64,000 bases of DNA from the IMG/VR virus record IMGVR_UViG_3300046663_000412, positions 1-64,000 of that record. One strand, 5' to 3'. The notes under the pieces were generated by a model that saw only the letters and a program-made list of their open reading frames with translations, had not been told where the DNA came from and did not search any database. The position numbers and the translations under genes were made by a program. This document shows, in pieces, positions 1 to 10,100 of the stretch. This DNA comes from a virus. Lineage: Duplodnaviria; Caudoviricetes. How positions within the stretch are numbered: the first letter of the stretch is position 1; each line of letters begins with the position of its first letter.

Positions 1-753
1 TGGGCCTTTCAACCGCGCGCACATTTCGGGCAGACGTGCCCGGTGCCGGGTAAGCTCCCGGCACAACGTTGCCGATTCCAGTGGGTGGATGTCGGCCTTG
101 CCGGTGTCGCTGAAGACCTGGACATCGGAGTTTTTTATGCTGGAGCGTTTCGTGGCGCGTTCCGTCAAATCATGTCGAAGAAAATTTCTGTGGAAAAGGG
201 AAACCTTAATTTCCGGATTCTAATCGACATCAATTCGCAACTGTTCGGCTATAAGCCCCAGTCTCGGGTGATTCGGTCTGAGGATGCGAACCAACAGGAC
301 GACAACGGCTCTCTGTCTTCCTGCGGAGCGGAGCGACCAGACGTGGAGAATATTGACGAGAGCTTCGAGCTACTCGTAGTGGGCCAGGGACCCGCGACCG
401 TTCGATTTCTCCGCACCTTTGCGTTGACCGTGCCCGAAGATAAGTCCGGCGACGGTCAGGCGTGCCAGGACGAGGCTAGTCTAAGCGCGGTTCGATTCGA
501 CGGGGCATCAGTTCAAGGACCCTCTGAAGAGGCCCTCGATATAGCATTGAGTCAGGCCCCGACTCAGGACTTTCATTCTGTGGTCACCGAGACCGTCATA
601 GTCGGCGACTTCTCTGCTGTGGGTGTTGGTGTCGCTGAGAGCATTATTTCTCAGCGAGCAGCCGACCGAGTAGCTCTGGTGATTGCCACCAAGATGGCGG
701 AGAACGAGCTAATCTCGGTTCTGCCTAAAACTATTTCGTTAGGCTTGGAATGA
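1..753 (+). CDS. Tail tube / head-closure type virion protein, 5' truncated
   Basis: Frame 1 is open from base 1 to TGA at 753. It lies directly upstream of the tail, GNAT and ejection genes, as in podoviruses. Product inferred from position. Confidence 0.5.
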   Translation, partial: WAFQPRAHFGQTCPVPGKLPAQRCRFQWVDVGLAGVAEDLDIGVFYAGAFRGAFRQIMSKKISVEKGNLNFRILIDINSQLFGYKPQSRVIRSEDANQQDDNGSLSSCGAERPDVENIDESFELLVVGQGPATVRFLRTFALTVPEDKSGDGQACQDEASLSAVRFDGASVQGPSEEALDIALSQAPTQDFHSVVTETVIVGDFSAVGVGVAESIISQRAADRVALVIATKMAENELISVLPKTISLGLE

Positions 754-2501
754 ACGTAATCTTAGACACTCTATTTCTGCGCAAGCCGCGCATCGAGTAT
801 GTGTCGCCACCGATTTGCGAGGCACAGTTTTCGAGCAGCGGTGGCCCGGTTATAATTCTGCCCGACATCCTCCGGCATCATGGACCGACGGGCGGCAGAG
901 CGGGCGGGCGAGGCCGCAGATTCTTTTCGTTCGACAATGTTCCCGGGCAAATCTGTTTCCAGATTTATGAAGCAATAGACCCGAATAATCCGGACAGCCC
1001 TTACAATTTAATTTCGGAGTGCGTTCCTAACGGTTCGATTGCGCTGTGCTCGGAGGGCTACTATGAGATTTCCGCTATCGATGGACAGGGGCATGAGTCG
1101 GCCCGAAGTTCGCCTATCGCCATTCCAGGCGGAGGATATACCATCGTCGCTCTTCCTGTGTTCCCGCAGACCGTTGCCTACAATCTGTATAAAAGTTCTA
1201 ATGGGCCTAGCGGCCCTTACAGTCTCTACTGGTATGCCTTCTCTGGAAGCTCGTTCGAAGTCTGCACGCCGGGATGTTATCGAATCACCGCAATCACTGG
1301 TGATGGCGAGACTCCGTTGAGTGACCACGTATGCACAGACTTTGATTGCTCTCCGTTGACGTGTCCTCCTGGAACGGGCTGGAATGCTATCTTATGTGAG
1401 TGTGTGCCGTGCGGGCTAATCACGAGCCCGTGTGAACCAGGGTTCACCTGGAACGCAGCAAGCTGCACCTGTATTCCCGATGGAGGTGGCGGAGGGGACA
1501 CTACCGACTTAGATGGATGCCTTGGAGATATGTTCGGAGAGACTACTCTCGCGCCGGATGGATTCACGGGGCCTTGCACTTTTGTATACGCCGGGGACCC
1601 GTTGCCGACCGGATTGGTGTTTGCGCAAGAGTCACCGATTTCGGCAAACGTGAGTGGCATCCCGACAGTGAGTGGAACTTTCCACTACAACATCACAGTT
1701 ACGAGCGCGAATAACCGTGTAGCGATTTTCTACTACAAGCTGATTACGTTTGGATTTACGAATGCGAATCCTCCCAGCGGGGCCACCACCACGCCTTACA
1801 CTTTTGATTTTACTGCTAGCGGAGGAACTGCGCCGCTTACGTTTTCGATTATTAGCGGTAGCCTGCCCGATGGGCTCAGCATGAATTCAGCGGGGCATGT
1901 CTCCGGCACTCCTACTACGAATCAGACTAGCACCTTCGAGGTGCAGGTCGTGGACTCTAGCACGGACCAGGAAATATGCTCTAGGAGCTACAGTATCGCT
2001 ATTTCAGATGGCGAGTGCGCCGGTGTGCCCAGCAATATTGCAGACCTGACCTGGACGATTTCTCCGGCTGACCCCGGGAATACAATGGCGGGCGGAACAG
2101 GAACTTTTAACGCACTCTCACCGGGCGTCGGTCCTTGTTTTCAGCTTTCCACTTCCCAGGGTTTTACTTCCCGGATATGTAATCCGACAGACAATCCCGT
2201 TACGCTGACTTGGCACATTCCAGCGTGGGAAGCCGATGGAAATGTTTGCAATTATATCGCGGGCCAGGATGGAGTAATCTTCAACATGGAGTTGTATGAT
2301 TCTATTCCCGGTTCAGGAAGCAGCATTCAGTCGCCCCTACGGGACTTAGTAACGGGTCCCTTTACTCCGTTCACATTGTCTTTGGTTTTACCGGCGCATT
2401 CGGTAAAACACATTCTGCTGGAGCTTATCGTGCGATGTTCTCCGGACACGGGTCTCGGGGGTGTCCAGATTCTGTCTCTAGGTAACATGACCCTAACGTA
2501 A
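750..2501 (+). CDS. Cys-rich virion/tail protein with putative Ig-like repeats
   Basis: FTASGGTAPLTFSIISGSLPDGLSMNSAGHVSGTPTT resembles putative-Ig repeats; two CxxGxxWNxxxCxC repeats. Confidence 0.6.
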   Translation: MNVILDTLFLRKPRIEYVSPPICEAQFSSSGGPVIILPDILRHHGPTGGRAGGRGRRFFSFDNVPGQICFQIYEAIDPNNPDSPYNLISECVPNGSIALCSEGYYEISAIDGQGHESARSSPIAIPGGGYTIVALPVFPQTVAYNLYKSSNGPSGPYSLYWYAFSGSSFEVCTPGCYRITAITGDGETPLSDHVCTDFDCSPLTCPPGTGWNAILCECVPCGLITSPCEPGFTWNAASCTCIPDGGGGGDTTDLDGCLGDMFGETTLAPDGFTGPCTFVYAGDPLPTGLVFAQESPISANVSGIPTVSGTFHYNITVTSANNRVAIFYYKLITFGFTNANPPSGATTTPYTFDFTASGGTAPLTFSIISGSLPDGLSMNSAGHVSGTPTTNQTSTFEVQVVDSSTDQEICSRSYSIAISDGECAGVPSNIADLTWTISPADPGNTMAGGTGTFNALSPGVGPCFQLSTSQGFTSRICNPTDNPVTLTWHIPAWEADGNVCNYIAGQDGVIFNMELYDSIPGSGSSIQSPLRDLVTGPFTPFTLSLVLPAHSVKHILLELIVRCSPDTGLGGVQILSLGNMTLT

Positions 2502-2505
2502 AATT

Positions 2506-3318
2506 ATGAGCCTACAAGCAACCAGTCTGATTATTCAGTCCGCTCCGTTGCCCGCTTCCTTTAAAGGAAGCCCGGACGACCTGCGGGTGGAAATCGTGAA
2601 GCGATTAAAAATCGTTTCGCCCAACGGAACCAACTTCATCTTCATCGGTGACACGGAACCCACTTCAAACGTAGGCCCCTGGCTAAAGGGCGGCACGCAG
2701 TGGTATGTCTGGGACGACGCGACCAATCGCTATGTTCCCCAGGACATCTCGGCTTCGTTCACGATTCCGTTTTTCGTGGGCGCGTCCACTCCGGCTAGCA
2801 GCACTCCTCCGATTTGGCTGTTGACCACGAAGGACCAGACCGACATCGACCCCAGCATCGGAAACCCGATTGGCTGGTATATTTTCAACGGGACGTCTTG
2901 GGTGCCGTTCCTTGGAATCGTTTTGTCCGGCCCATCCGCGAACCGGCCTTCTGCGCCTGCGGCGTATCAGCAATACTACGACACGGATATTTCCTGCTTG
3001 ATTTGGTTCGAGCGAAATCAGTGGCGCACGGTCTCCGGAGTCCCTGGCGACGTCAAGGCAGTGATGTATCACTTGCTCTCGGACGCCTTGATTGGTAACC
3101 CCGGCTGGGCAGTCGTGGGAGACGGAAATCAGACCATTCGTGGCCGAATCATCATGCAGGCTAACCACGACGGTGAAACGAGTTTGACGGTGCCCTCCGG
3201 GGTGCCTGCGCGCCAGTCTTTTGAAACTTTCGGCGAGACCGACGGGGTGCAGATTAACCCTGCTTCGCCGACTCCGTATCCGCCTCAATTGGCTTTGTGG
3301 CACCTTTACAAGCAGTGA
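2506..3318 (+). CDS. Tail fibre-associated virion protein
   Basis: 270 aa, Trp/Pro-rich, in the tail cluster. Confidence 0.45.
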   Translation: MSLQATSLIIQSAPLPASFKGSPDDLRVEIVKRLKIVSPNGTNFIFIGDTEPTSNVGPWLKGGTQWYVWDDATNRYVPQDISASFTIPFFVGASTPASSTPPIWLLTTKDQTDIDPSIGNPIGWYIFNGTSWVPFLGIVLSGPSANRPSAPAAYQQYYDTDISCLIWFERNQWRTVSGVPGDVKAVMYHLLSDALIGNPGWAVVGDGNQTIRGRIIMQANHDGETSLTVPSGVPARQSFETFGETDGVQINPASPTPYPPQLALWHLYKQ

Positions 3319-3331
3319 GAAAACAGCGACT
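3305..3331 (+). promoter_or_regulatory. Class II promoter TTTACA-N15-GCGACT
   Basis: GCGACT at 3326-3331, 8 nt before ATG 3340. Confidence 0.5.
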
Positions 3332-3339
3332 TCTCATAG

Positions 3340-3789
3340 ATGGTTCGACCGATTCAATATCAAGAGCTTTCCGGGATAATCAAGGAATTAACGCCGGTGC
3401 TCGACGCGGCAGCGATTGAGTCCGGCTTCGAGCTAAAGACCAATCACGAGCACCTTGCGAAGACCTGGACTGCTTTGCTGCAACAGGGAATTGGAAAAGG
3501 TTATGTGGCGTCTGTGAATGAGAAAGTGAAAGGCATCCTCTTGGGATTGATTTTTCCTGATTCATTAACCGGGCATCTTCGGGGTCAAGAATGTTTGTGG
3601 GCTGTCGATAAGACATCACGACGGCATTCCCTCGACCTGTTGAATCATTTTGAATTCGATTGCAAGCGGGCCGGGTGTCATGACGTAGTTTGCACCGCGA
3701 CCACCGGCCCGACTATTGAACGGATGCGAAGACTTTACGCCAAGCTTGGGTATCATCCCGTAGCTGAGGCATTCTCAATAAAAATGTGA
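3340..3789 (+). CDS. GNAT-fold acetyltransferase-like virion-cluster protein
   Basis: 149 aa with a C-terminal RLYAKLGYHP motif, located between tail and ejection genes as in many podoviruses. Confidence 0.6.
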   Translation: MVRPIQYQELSGIIKELTPVLDAAAIESGFELKTNHEHLAKTWTALLQQGIGKGYVASVNEKVKGILLGLIFPDSLTGHLRGQECLWAVDKTSRRHSLDLLNHFEFDCKRAGCHDVVCTATTGPTIERMRRLYAKLGYHPVAEAFSIKM

Positions 3790-4754
3790 GCGATATTTTC
3801 TCAGGAATTGGTCAGGTAGCGGGTGCCGCACTTCAGGCGGACGCGGTGAAGACCGCTACGCGGATGCAAATCGATGCGTTGCGCCAGCAGCGTGAATTCG
3901 TCTTCAATAATCTGAACCCTTCGGTGATTAACGCGCAGGCGACCGCAGGGGATATTCAGAATACGATGGCGCGTCTCGCGCTTCAGGGACAGGTTGACCC
4001 GGCTTTGCTTCAAGCTCGGTATCAATCAGAAAATCAAATGCTGTCGCAGGCGCAGCAAATCGGGCAGCAATCGGGAGCGGTGGGGACCCAGGCAGCCCAG
4101 GAGGCTTTAGCGGGAACGCCGGGAATGACGGAAGCCAAGAATGGTTTAGTCGATGCCGCGCTCAAACAACTTTCTGCGGGCGCTACACTTCCTCCGGACG
4201 TGGAGAACCAGCTTGTCCAGGCCGGTCTCGAACAGTCCGGCATGGTTACTCAGGGAGCATCCGGCAGAGGAATCGGCGGACAGATGCTGCGGACCGTTTT
4301 GGGAACCGCTGGTCTGAATCTTCAGATGCAACGCCAGCAGCAGGCCGCTCAGCTTTCTGAGTCGGCGCAGAACCTGGAAAATTCCAGGCAGAATATTTTG
4401 CAGCAGCTTTTCCCTCGGCTCAGTCAGACGCAACTCGCGAACCTCGGTGGAACGCAGAGCGTGCTTGGCACTTCGGCCTCGATGCTCCCGAATGCGGGAC
4501 TCTCCGGCCAGAACATTGCCAACATCTGGCTTGCCCGTGTTGGAGCTACGAATCAACTCGCGCAGTCCTCGGCGGATGCTGCGGCTCGTGGGACCATGGG
4601 TCAGGCGACCGCGTGGGGGAACGCTTTTGGTGGTGCTGGGTCTGCGCTCGGAAGCGCGATTCCTACGATTAGCGGATGGTTTGGTGGTGGTGGCGGCGGA
4701 GGTGGCGGGGGTAACGCTGCCGATTTAGGCGGCTTAGCTCTGTCTGCGATTTAA
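3786..4754 (+). CDS. Ejection / DNA transfer protein
   Basis: Gln/Ala/Gly-rich helical protein with a Gly-rich C-terminus, after the GNAT gene. Confidence 0.55.
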   Translation: MSDIFSGIGQVAGAALQADAVKTATRMQIDALRQQREFVFNNLNPSVINAQATAGDIQNTMARLALQGQVDPALLQARYQSENQMLSQAQQIGQQSGAVGTQAAQEALAGTPGMTEAKNGLVDAALKQLSAGATLPPDVENQLVQAGLEQSGMVTQGASGRGIGGQMLRTVLGTAGLNLQMQRQQQAAQLSESAQNLENSRQNILQQLFPRLSQTQLANLGGTQSVLGTSASMLPNAGLSGQNIANIWLARVGATNQLAQSSADAAARGTMGQATAWGNAFGGAGSALGSAIPTISGWFGGGGGGGGGGNAADLGGLALSAI

Positions 4755-4758
4755 CGAT

Positions 4759-5424
4759 ATGCCTGTCTCTCCTCTTGGTGGTTGGACCGCAGCGTCGCTG
4801 ACTCCTGGGTTAGCGCCAGTGGCTCCTCGTGACCCGGGTCTCGCGACTCGGCAGGTAGCCCCCATGCCTACGCCGGGCGCGGCTCCGGGGATTCAGAGCT
4901 TGTCGGACCCGCTGATTCAAAACATGCTCCAGTCAATTTACGGTCCCAATTTTCAGAACATGCTGGGCACCGGTGCGTATCAGGCACCGCAGCAGCAGGA
5001 CCCTACCAAAAATCCGGCGTTCATCGAGGCGAATGCGTATGCTCAAAATCTTACTGCAAAAAACACTGCGATGCACGCCTACGATTCGTATCAACGTTCA
5101 TTACAAGTTGCCCAGGACAAAGTTGCCTCGACGCGTTCGACTTCGGCTGGTGGTTGGGTTGACCCTAACTATAACAATGCTGTTCAGCAGCTAACTAATT
5201 TGCAGACCGGCGATGCGGGCGCGAACGCAATGAGAATTTCGCAGGCCGCTGCGCTGAGTCCGTCGTATGCGCCAAACATTTATCAATCGACTAGCCCCGG
5301 GATGAATCCTACGCAGTCGTGGAATCCCTACGGGCTCTCCGGCTGGATTTCGCCGGTGCAATCTGGACTCGGTCCTATGCAGAGTCCCTCGATTGCGAAA
5401 AACATAATGTCGATGGGAGTTTAA
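4759..5424 (+). CDS. Probable ejection protein
   Basis: P/Q/N-rich, 221 aa, in the ejection cluster. Confidence 0.4.
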   Translation: MPVSPLGGWTAASLTPGLAPVAPRDPGLATRQVAPMPTPGAAPGIQSLSDPLIQNMLQSIYGPNFQNMLGTGAYQAPQQQDPTKNPAFIEANAYAQNLTAKNTAMHAYDSYQRSLQVAQDKVASTRSTSAGGWVDPNYNNAVQQLTNLQTGDAGANAMRISQAAALSPSYAPNIYQSTSPGMNPTQSWNPYGLSGWISPVQSGLGPMQSPSIAKNIMSMGV

Positions 5425-5429
5425 TTTTT

Positions 5430-7109
5430 ATGGCAATTGGTGGACCTACTGATACCGCTCAGTCCAGCGTAAACTCGCTCGGGCAGCCCCTCGTCACTTC
5501 TGCGGACCCTAATGTGGTTGGACCCGCAGCGGTGGAGCAGCTTGTTGATTCACTCCGAAAGGGGTTCATTACCAACCAGGATATTTTGGACCGCATCGGT
5601 CAAGTGGGGCAGTCGAAGAAAAAGGCTCTGCTGGAAAGTCTGAAAGAATATGTCAATCCTGATGTGGTGCAGTCTCGTCTTGATACTGCTCGCGCTGCGG
5701 GTGCCCAGGCCCAACTCTCGGCCCAGCAAGCGCAGGCCCAGCAAGGGCTCGTGGAGCAACAGACAGCTTTAGCGAAGACGAATCTCGCGGCGCAACAGGC
5801 GACTGCTGTGTATGGCCCGGGCGGGCTCGATACCTACCAACAGTTCGGCCATTTTTTCGGTGAGGCTATGCCCCCGAATCCTGGTCCGGAAGATTTCAAG
5901 AAAGCTGCGGCTCGTGGAAACGAAATGCGCGGCCAGCTTTCACTTTCCGATTCCTGGTTGAAGGCGCTCACTCCAGTGGGCGAACGGACCGTGGAAGAGA
6001 ATGGCCGCAAGTATACGGCTAAGGTGAACTGGCAGGGCCAGAATGTTACTCCTCCGGACGTGGAGAGCGGGTATCCCGGCTCTCCGGCATATTGGTCGTA
6101 TGCCAAGCAGTTGGACAAAGTTCTTCCGCAGTTTCATCCGGCGCGCGGGCAATATTTTTTGGACCCCTCTGCGGTGTCCGGTGCTAAAGACATGCACGCA
6201 GGTTCGGGCTTAGTCTCGCCAGCGGGCACTCCAAATCCTCAGGCGTCCAATCCGGCAGACCGGGCAGGGTTAGCGAATCAACTCGAACAGGAAGGTGCGG
6301 AGAATGGTCCGGCCTTGGTGTCTTCTATGCCGGACGCTCAAGTCCAGGAGATGATGAACCGGCGCTCGGTTGCGGTGGCTCAGCACACCCCCGGTGAAGC
6401 TCCGATGGTGGCTCCGAAATCTGCGCCTGCGGCTCCGGCTGCTAAGCCTACTCCCGGCATCCTGACTTACACTCCGGAAGCTTGGAAGGTCAAGAACGAC
6501 ATCCAGACTGCGGCGCGCGCGGATAAACGCGTGACGAACTGGGAAGCGGCTCAGCAATACATCACACCTTTTGTAAGTCGCGCGCAGGAAGTGGCGAAGA
6601 TGCCTATCGAGCAACAGCAGTCCTCGAACATGGCTGTCATCGACCAGGGGATGGTTGAAAATCTTATCAAGATGTATGACCCCTCTGGCGTGATGCGAGA
6701 ATTCAAGTGGGAGAAGACGGAACAGAACCAGAGCAAAATCGAACGGTATCTGAACATGAAAAACGTCTGGCAAAAGATTAAGGGTGAAACAGTCCTTACT
6801 CCCCAGGCGCGCCAGCGGTTGGTGGATATGGGCTACGAAGCGATTCGCGGTGTCGAGTCTGCCGCTCAGCCAGCGTTTCAAAATGCGGTTCAGTCAGCGG
6901 GCACCGCAGGCATCGGCAATCCTCTGGACGCGGAGCAGTCGCGAGTTGCCAATGGACAATTTTTGGAAAATCCCTGGCCGCTCAGCAAAGGGTCCGCGAA
7001 GGGTTTGGTTTCTGCTCCTGGGGCTGCCGCAGCGGGGCCTGTTCGATTTATTCAAGGGATTGGAAATGTGCAGCGTGGTCCAGATGGAAAATTTTACAAA
7101 GTTGACTAA
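5430..7109 (+). CDS. DNA transfer / ejection protein
   Basis: ATG 5430 follows the upstream stop. Q-rich coiled coil and a MYDPSGVMRE motif of the type seen in phage DNA-transfer proteins. Confidence 0.55.
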   Translation: MAIGGPTDTAQSSVNSLGQPLVTSADPNVVGPAAVEQLVDSLRKGFITNQDILDRIGQVGQSKKKALLESLKEYVNPDVVQSRLDTARAAGAQAQLSAQQAQAQQGLVEQQTALAKTNLAAQQATAVYGPGGLDTYQQFGHFFGEAMPPNPGPEDFKKAAARGNEMRGQLSLSDSWLKALTPVGERTVEENGRKYTAKVNWQGQNVTPPDVESGYPGSPAYWSYAKQLDKVLPQFHPARGQYFLDPSAVSGAKDMHAGSGLVSPAGTPNPQASNPADRAGLANQLEQEGAENGPALVSSMPDAQVQEMMNRRSVAVAQHTPGEAPMVAPKSAPAAPAAKPTPGILTYTPEAWKVKNDIQTAARADKRVTNWEAAQQYITPFVSRAQEVAKMPIEQQQSSNMAVIDQGMVENLIKMYDPSGVMREFKWEKTEQNQSKIERYLNMKNVWQKIKGETVLTPQARQRLVDMGYEAIRGVESAAQPAFQNAVQSAGTAGIGNPLDAEQSRVANGQFLENPWPLSKGSAKGLVSAPGAAAAGPVRFIQGIGNVQRGPDGKFYKVD

Positions 7110-10100
7110 TGCCCCAAGAAGTTTCTCTATCGCCGGAGCAACAGGCGCAGTATGAAAACTCGCCTACGGCTGGACAAGAGGTTCAGTTAACCCCGGACCA
7201 GCAGGCCGCATTCGACCAGCCCCAGTCCAAAGAGGTTGACCCTCTGAAGGATTTTACTTCGGAGCAGATTTTTCAGTTATCGAAGCAGGACCCTGAGTTT
7301 CGAATCCTCGAACAATTTTCCAGCCGTCCCGACCTTCAGAAGGACCCGTGGATGGTCTCCAAGGTTGCCGACGCGTTGCACAAGCAGAAGCTGGAGCCCT
7401 GGTATCGCGGAATCTCCGCTTCGGGCATGGCGAAGGGCATCGCGGGTTTCGGCAAAGGCGCATTCACTCAAGCGAGCGATGTCGCGCAGAATGCCGCTGA
7501 TTCGATTAGCTTGGGCCTCGGGCATCTGCTCGGCGCGGACCCGGGCACGCTAGACCAGTTAGGCCGAAACATCCAGCAGCGAGTCGCAGAGTCTACCTCA
7601 GCGACTGAGGCGGCTACTACCGGCCTCGTGGGTCAAGCCGTTCGCCTCGCGAAAAAAGTTGGCGGCAAACCGCTCGACCAATACACGGAACAAGACAAAG
7701 TCAATTCACTTTTCGATTCCCTGGCCGACCTTCAGCAGCAGCAAAAGATTGCAACCGGCCACGGCGCGTTGTTAAGTGCGGTGGGTCCGGAGGTGGTTAA
7801 GAATTTGGAGCAGCAGGGCTCCGCAGTGAGACCGGAGCAAGTGGCCTCGCTAGCCCAGGCGGACCCGTTCGCTTTTGAAGCGATGGGCAAAGGTCTGGCC
7901 CCGGTTGGCAAAGCTGCCGGTGCTCTGGTGCCTGAATCGGCTGCTGCACTGGCCCAGAAGGCAGCCCAGGCTACGATTGGACGCGGCGTGCAGGCTGTCG
8001 GTGCTCTGGTGAAGCCGGTGGCGACTGCGGTGCGCGCGGTAGCTCCGGGAGTATCAAAGGCGGCGGGTGCTGCTGCGGGAGCAGTCGCGGCTGGTGAGCT
8101 AAATCCGGCTGCTATCCCTCTGGGTATCATGGAGGGCTTGGAGAAGGGCGGGAAGCTCGGAGAAAAAATCGCTACGGGCGCTGGCAAAGTGGCCGGTAGC
8201 TTCGACCAGCTTTCGGAAATTGGAAGACAGATTGCTGGCGCGGCCCCGCTTAAGTCTTCCCTGGCAGTCGTGGGCCGACAGGTTGCTGAAGCTGCACCTC
8301 GTGCCGCTGGCGCAGCGTTGGCCGGTGCTGGATTCGATATCGGGCTGCAAGCAGGCACTGCGGAGACTCCGGAAGAGCGAGAATCGTTCACTCCGTTTGG
8401 AACTATTTTCGGTCTCGCTCATGGCGTGAAGTATGCCGGGACCCACACGATTAGCGGTTTGATTTCCGCTCCACGCGAGTGGGGCTCGAACATTCGCACC
8501 CCCAACTCGAAGAATTTTCCGGGTCTTAATTCGGTCCATGACGCGGGTTATGATTCGGCGTCTCCCGGGGTAAAATCCCGGGTGAATGCTTTGCGGCAGC
8601 TAGTGGAGGGAACCGGCGCAGAACTTTTTTATGCGCCCAGGCCGGAGCAAGGACAGCCCGACAATCTACCCGACACTTTGACGGGTATGGGAATTCCCGC
8701 AGACCGGGCAGATACTTTCGCAGACAAGGCCGCTTTCACCACTACCATCAACGGAAAGAAAGTGGTGGTGATTCGAAACGTTGAGGCCGGTCCGCACGAC
8801 GCACTGCACGCGATTGACGATGTGGTTGGCGCTACCCAGGTCCGGGAGCTTAACGACGCGGTCAAGGGTCAGTATACCCCTGAGGTATGGTCGCAAATGC
8901 GCCAGCGGTATGCCGACCTGCTCGCTCCAGGCACCGACAATCCCACCGCTACCATTCTTGACCAGACCGGCAGAGGTGACGCGGAAGCGAAGGAAAAAAT
9001 AATCCGTCAGGTCCACGACACCTTCACCCAGAATAACGAGACTCCGGACATGGAGTCGTTTAAACAAGCTGCCGGTTCTGAGATTCAACGCCAGCAATCC
9101 GATGCCGCAGCGGCAGGCAAATCTTTGTGGGAGCACACCCTGACTCCCGAAGAGCAGAACAACGTAGCAGACCAATACATGGGCTCCGAAGTCCGTGCTG
9201 AGAATTTTGATTCGGCTTATAAAGGAATCGGTGATGGAAAGACGCTCACTGACAAGCTCGCTCACGCGGTAGCGGGCACCATGGCGTCTCTCGGATTTAA
9301 TCCGGTTGCTGGCCGATACTCCGACCTGGGCTTCCCGCTCGACTACGCCACGATGAAGCAAGGGCTGAAACAGTCGGCTGTAAACAAGCCGCTGGTGTCT
9401 CCGTCCAAGCTCCCGAAAGTGGTAGCTCCGGTTGGGTCACCCGCTGCCGCGACGCAGCAACAGAAACGCCACGAGGAAATCGTGAAGACCGCGCCGGACG
9501 TTGCGCTCCCTGGCGCTGCCAAGTCTCCGCGCGAGATGATGGGAATTTTGAACGAGGCAGTTCTTTCGGGCTCGCCGGTAGATATTCACTACGGGCACGC
9601 GGGCGGAACCGCACCTGCGGCTGGCACTGGCGATTTGCCGGAAGCTGCGCTCGGCGGGGTCAGCCGCGCGGACAGGCGAGAAGTCATCGAGGCTTGGCGA
9701 CAACTCCCGATTGCGACCCGGTCTTTTATGGCCACGTTATTCTCTCCGGAACGTTTCGACGTTACCAAGGGCGGGAAGTATCAGGTCTATGGCGGTTCGC
9801 ATGCTGTTCTCGCGGCGAACCTTCAGAAGCTTGCGAATTTTTCTATCGCGCACCCTGAGGTGAAGCTACCTGACGGGTGGAACGTTGACGACAAGTCTTT
9901 TACTCCCGACTCGTGGAATACCATTCTGGACCAAGTCCAGAAGTATTCCCGCAACCAGTTAACTGGTCGCGCAGGCTCCGGCCAGCCGCTCGTGGTGCCG
10001 AAGATGAAGGGCTATTTTGCTCCTCCAGTCACCGGCGAGGCTGCTGTGATTCCGCAGGATGCTGCCGACGCAATCAATGCGGTGTTCGGCCAGACCACTC

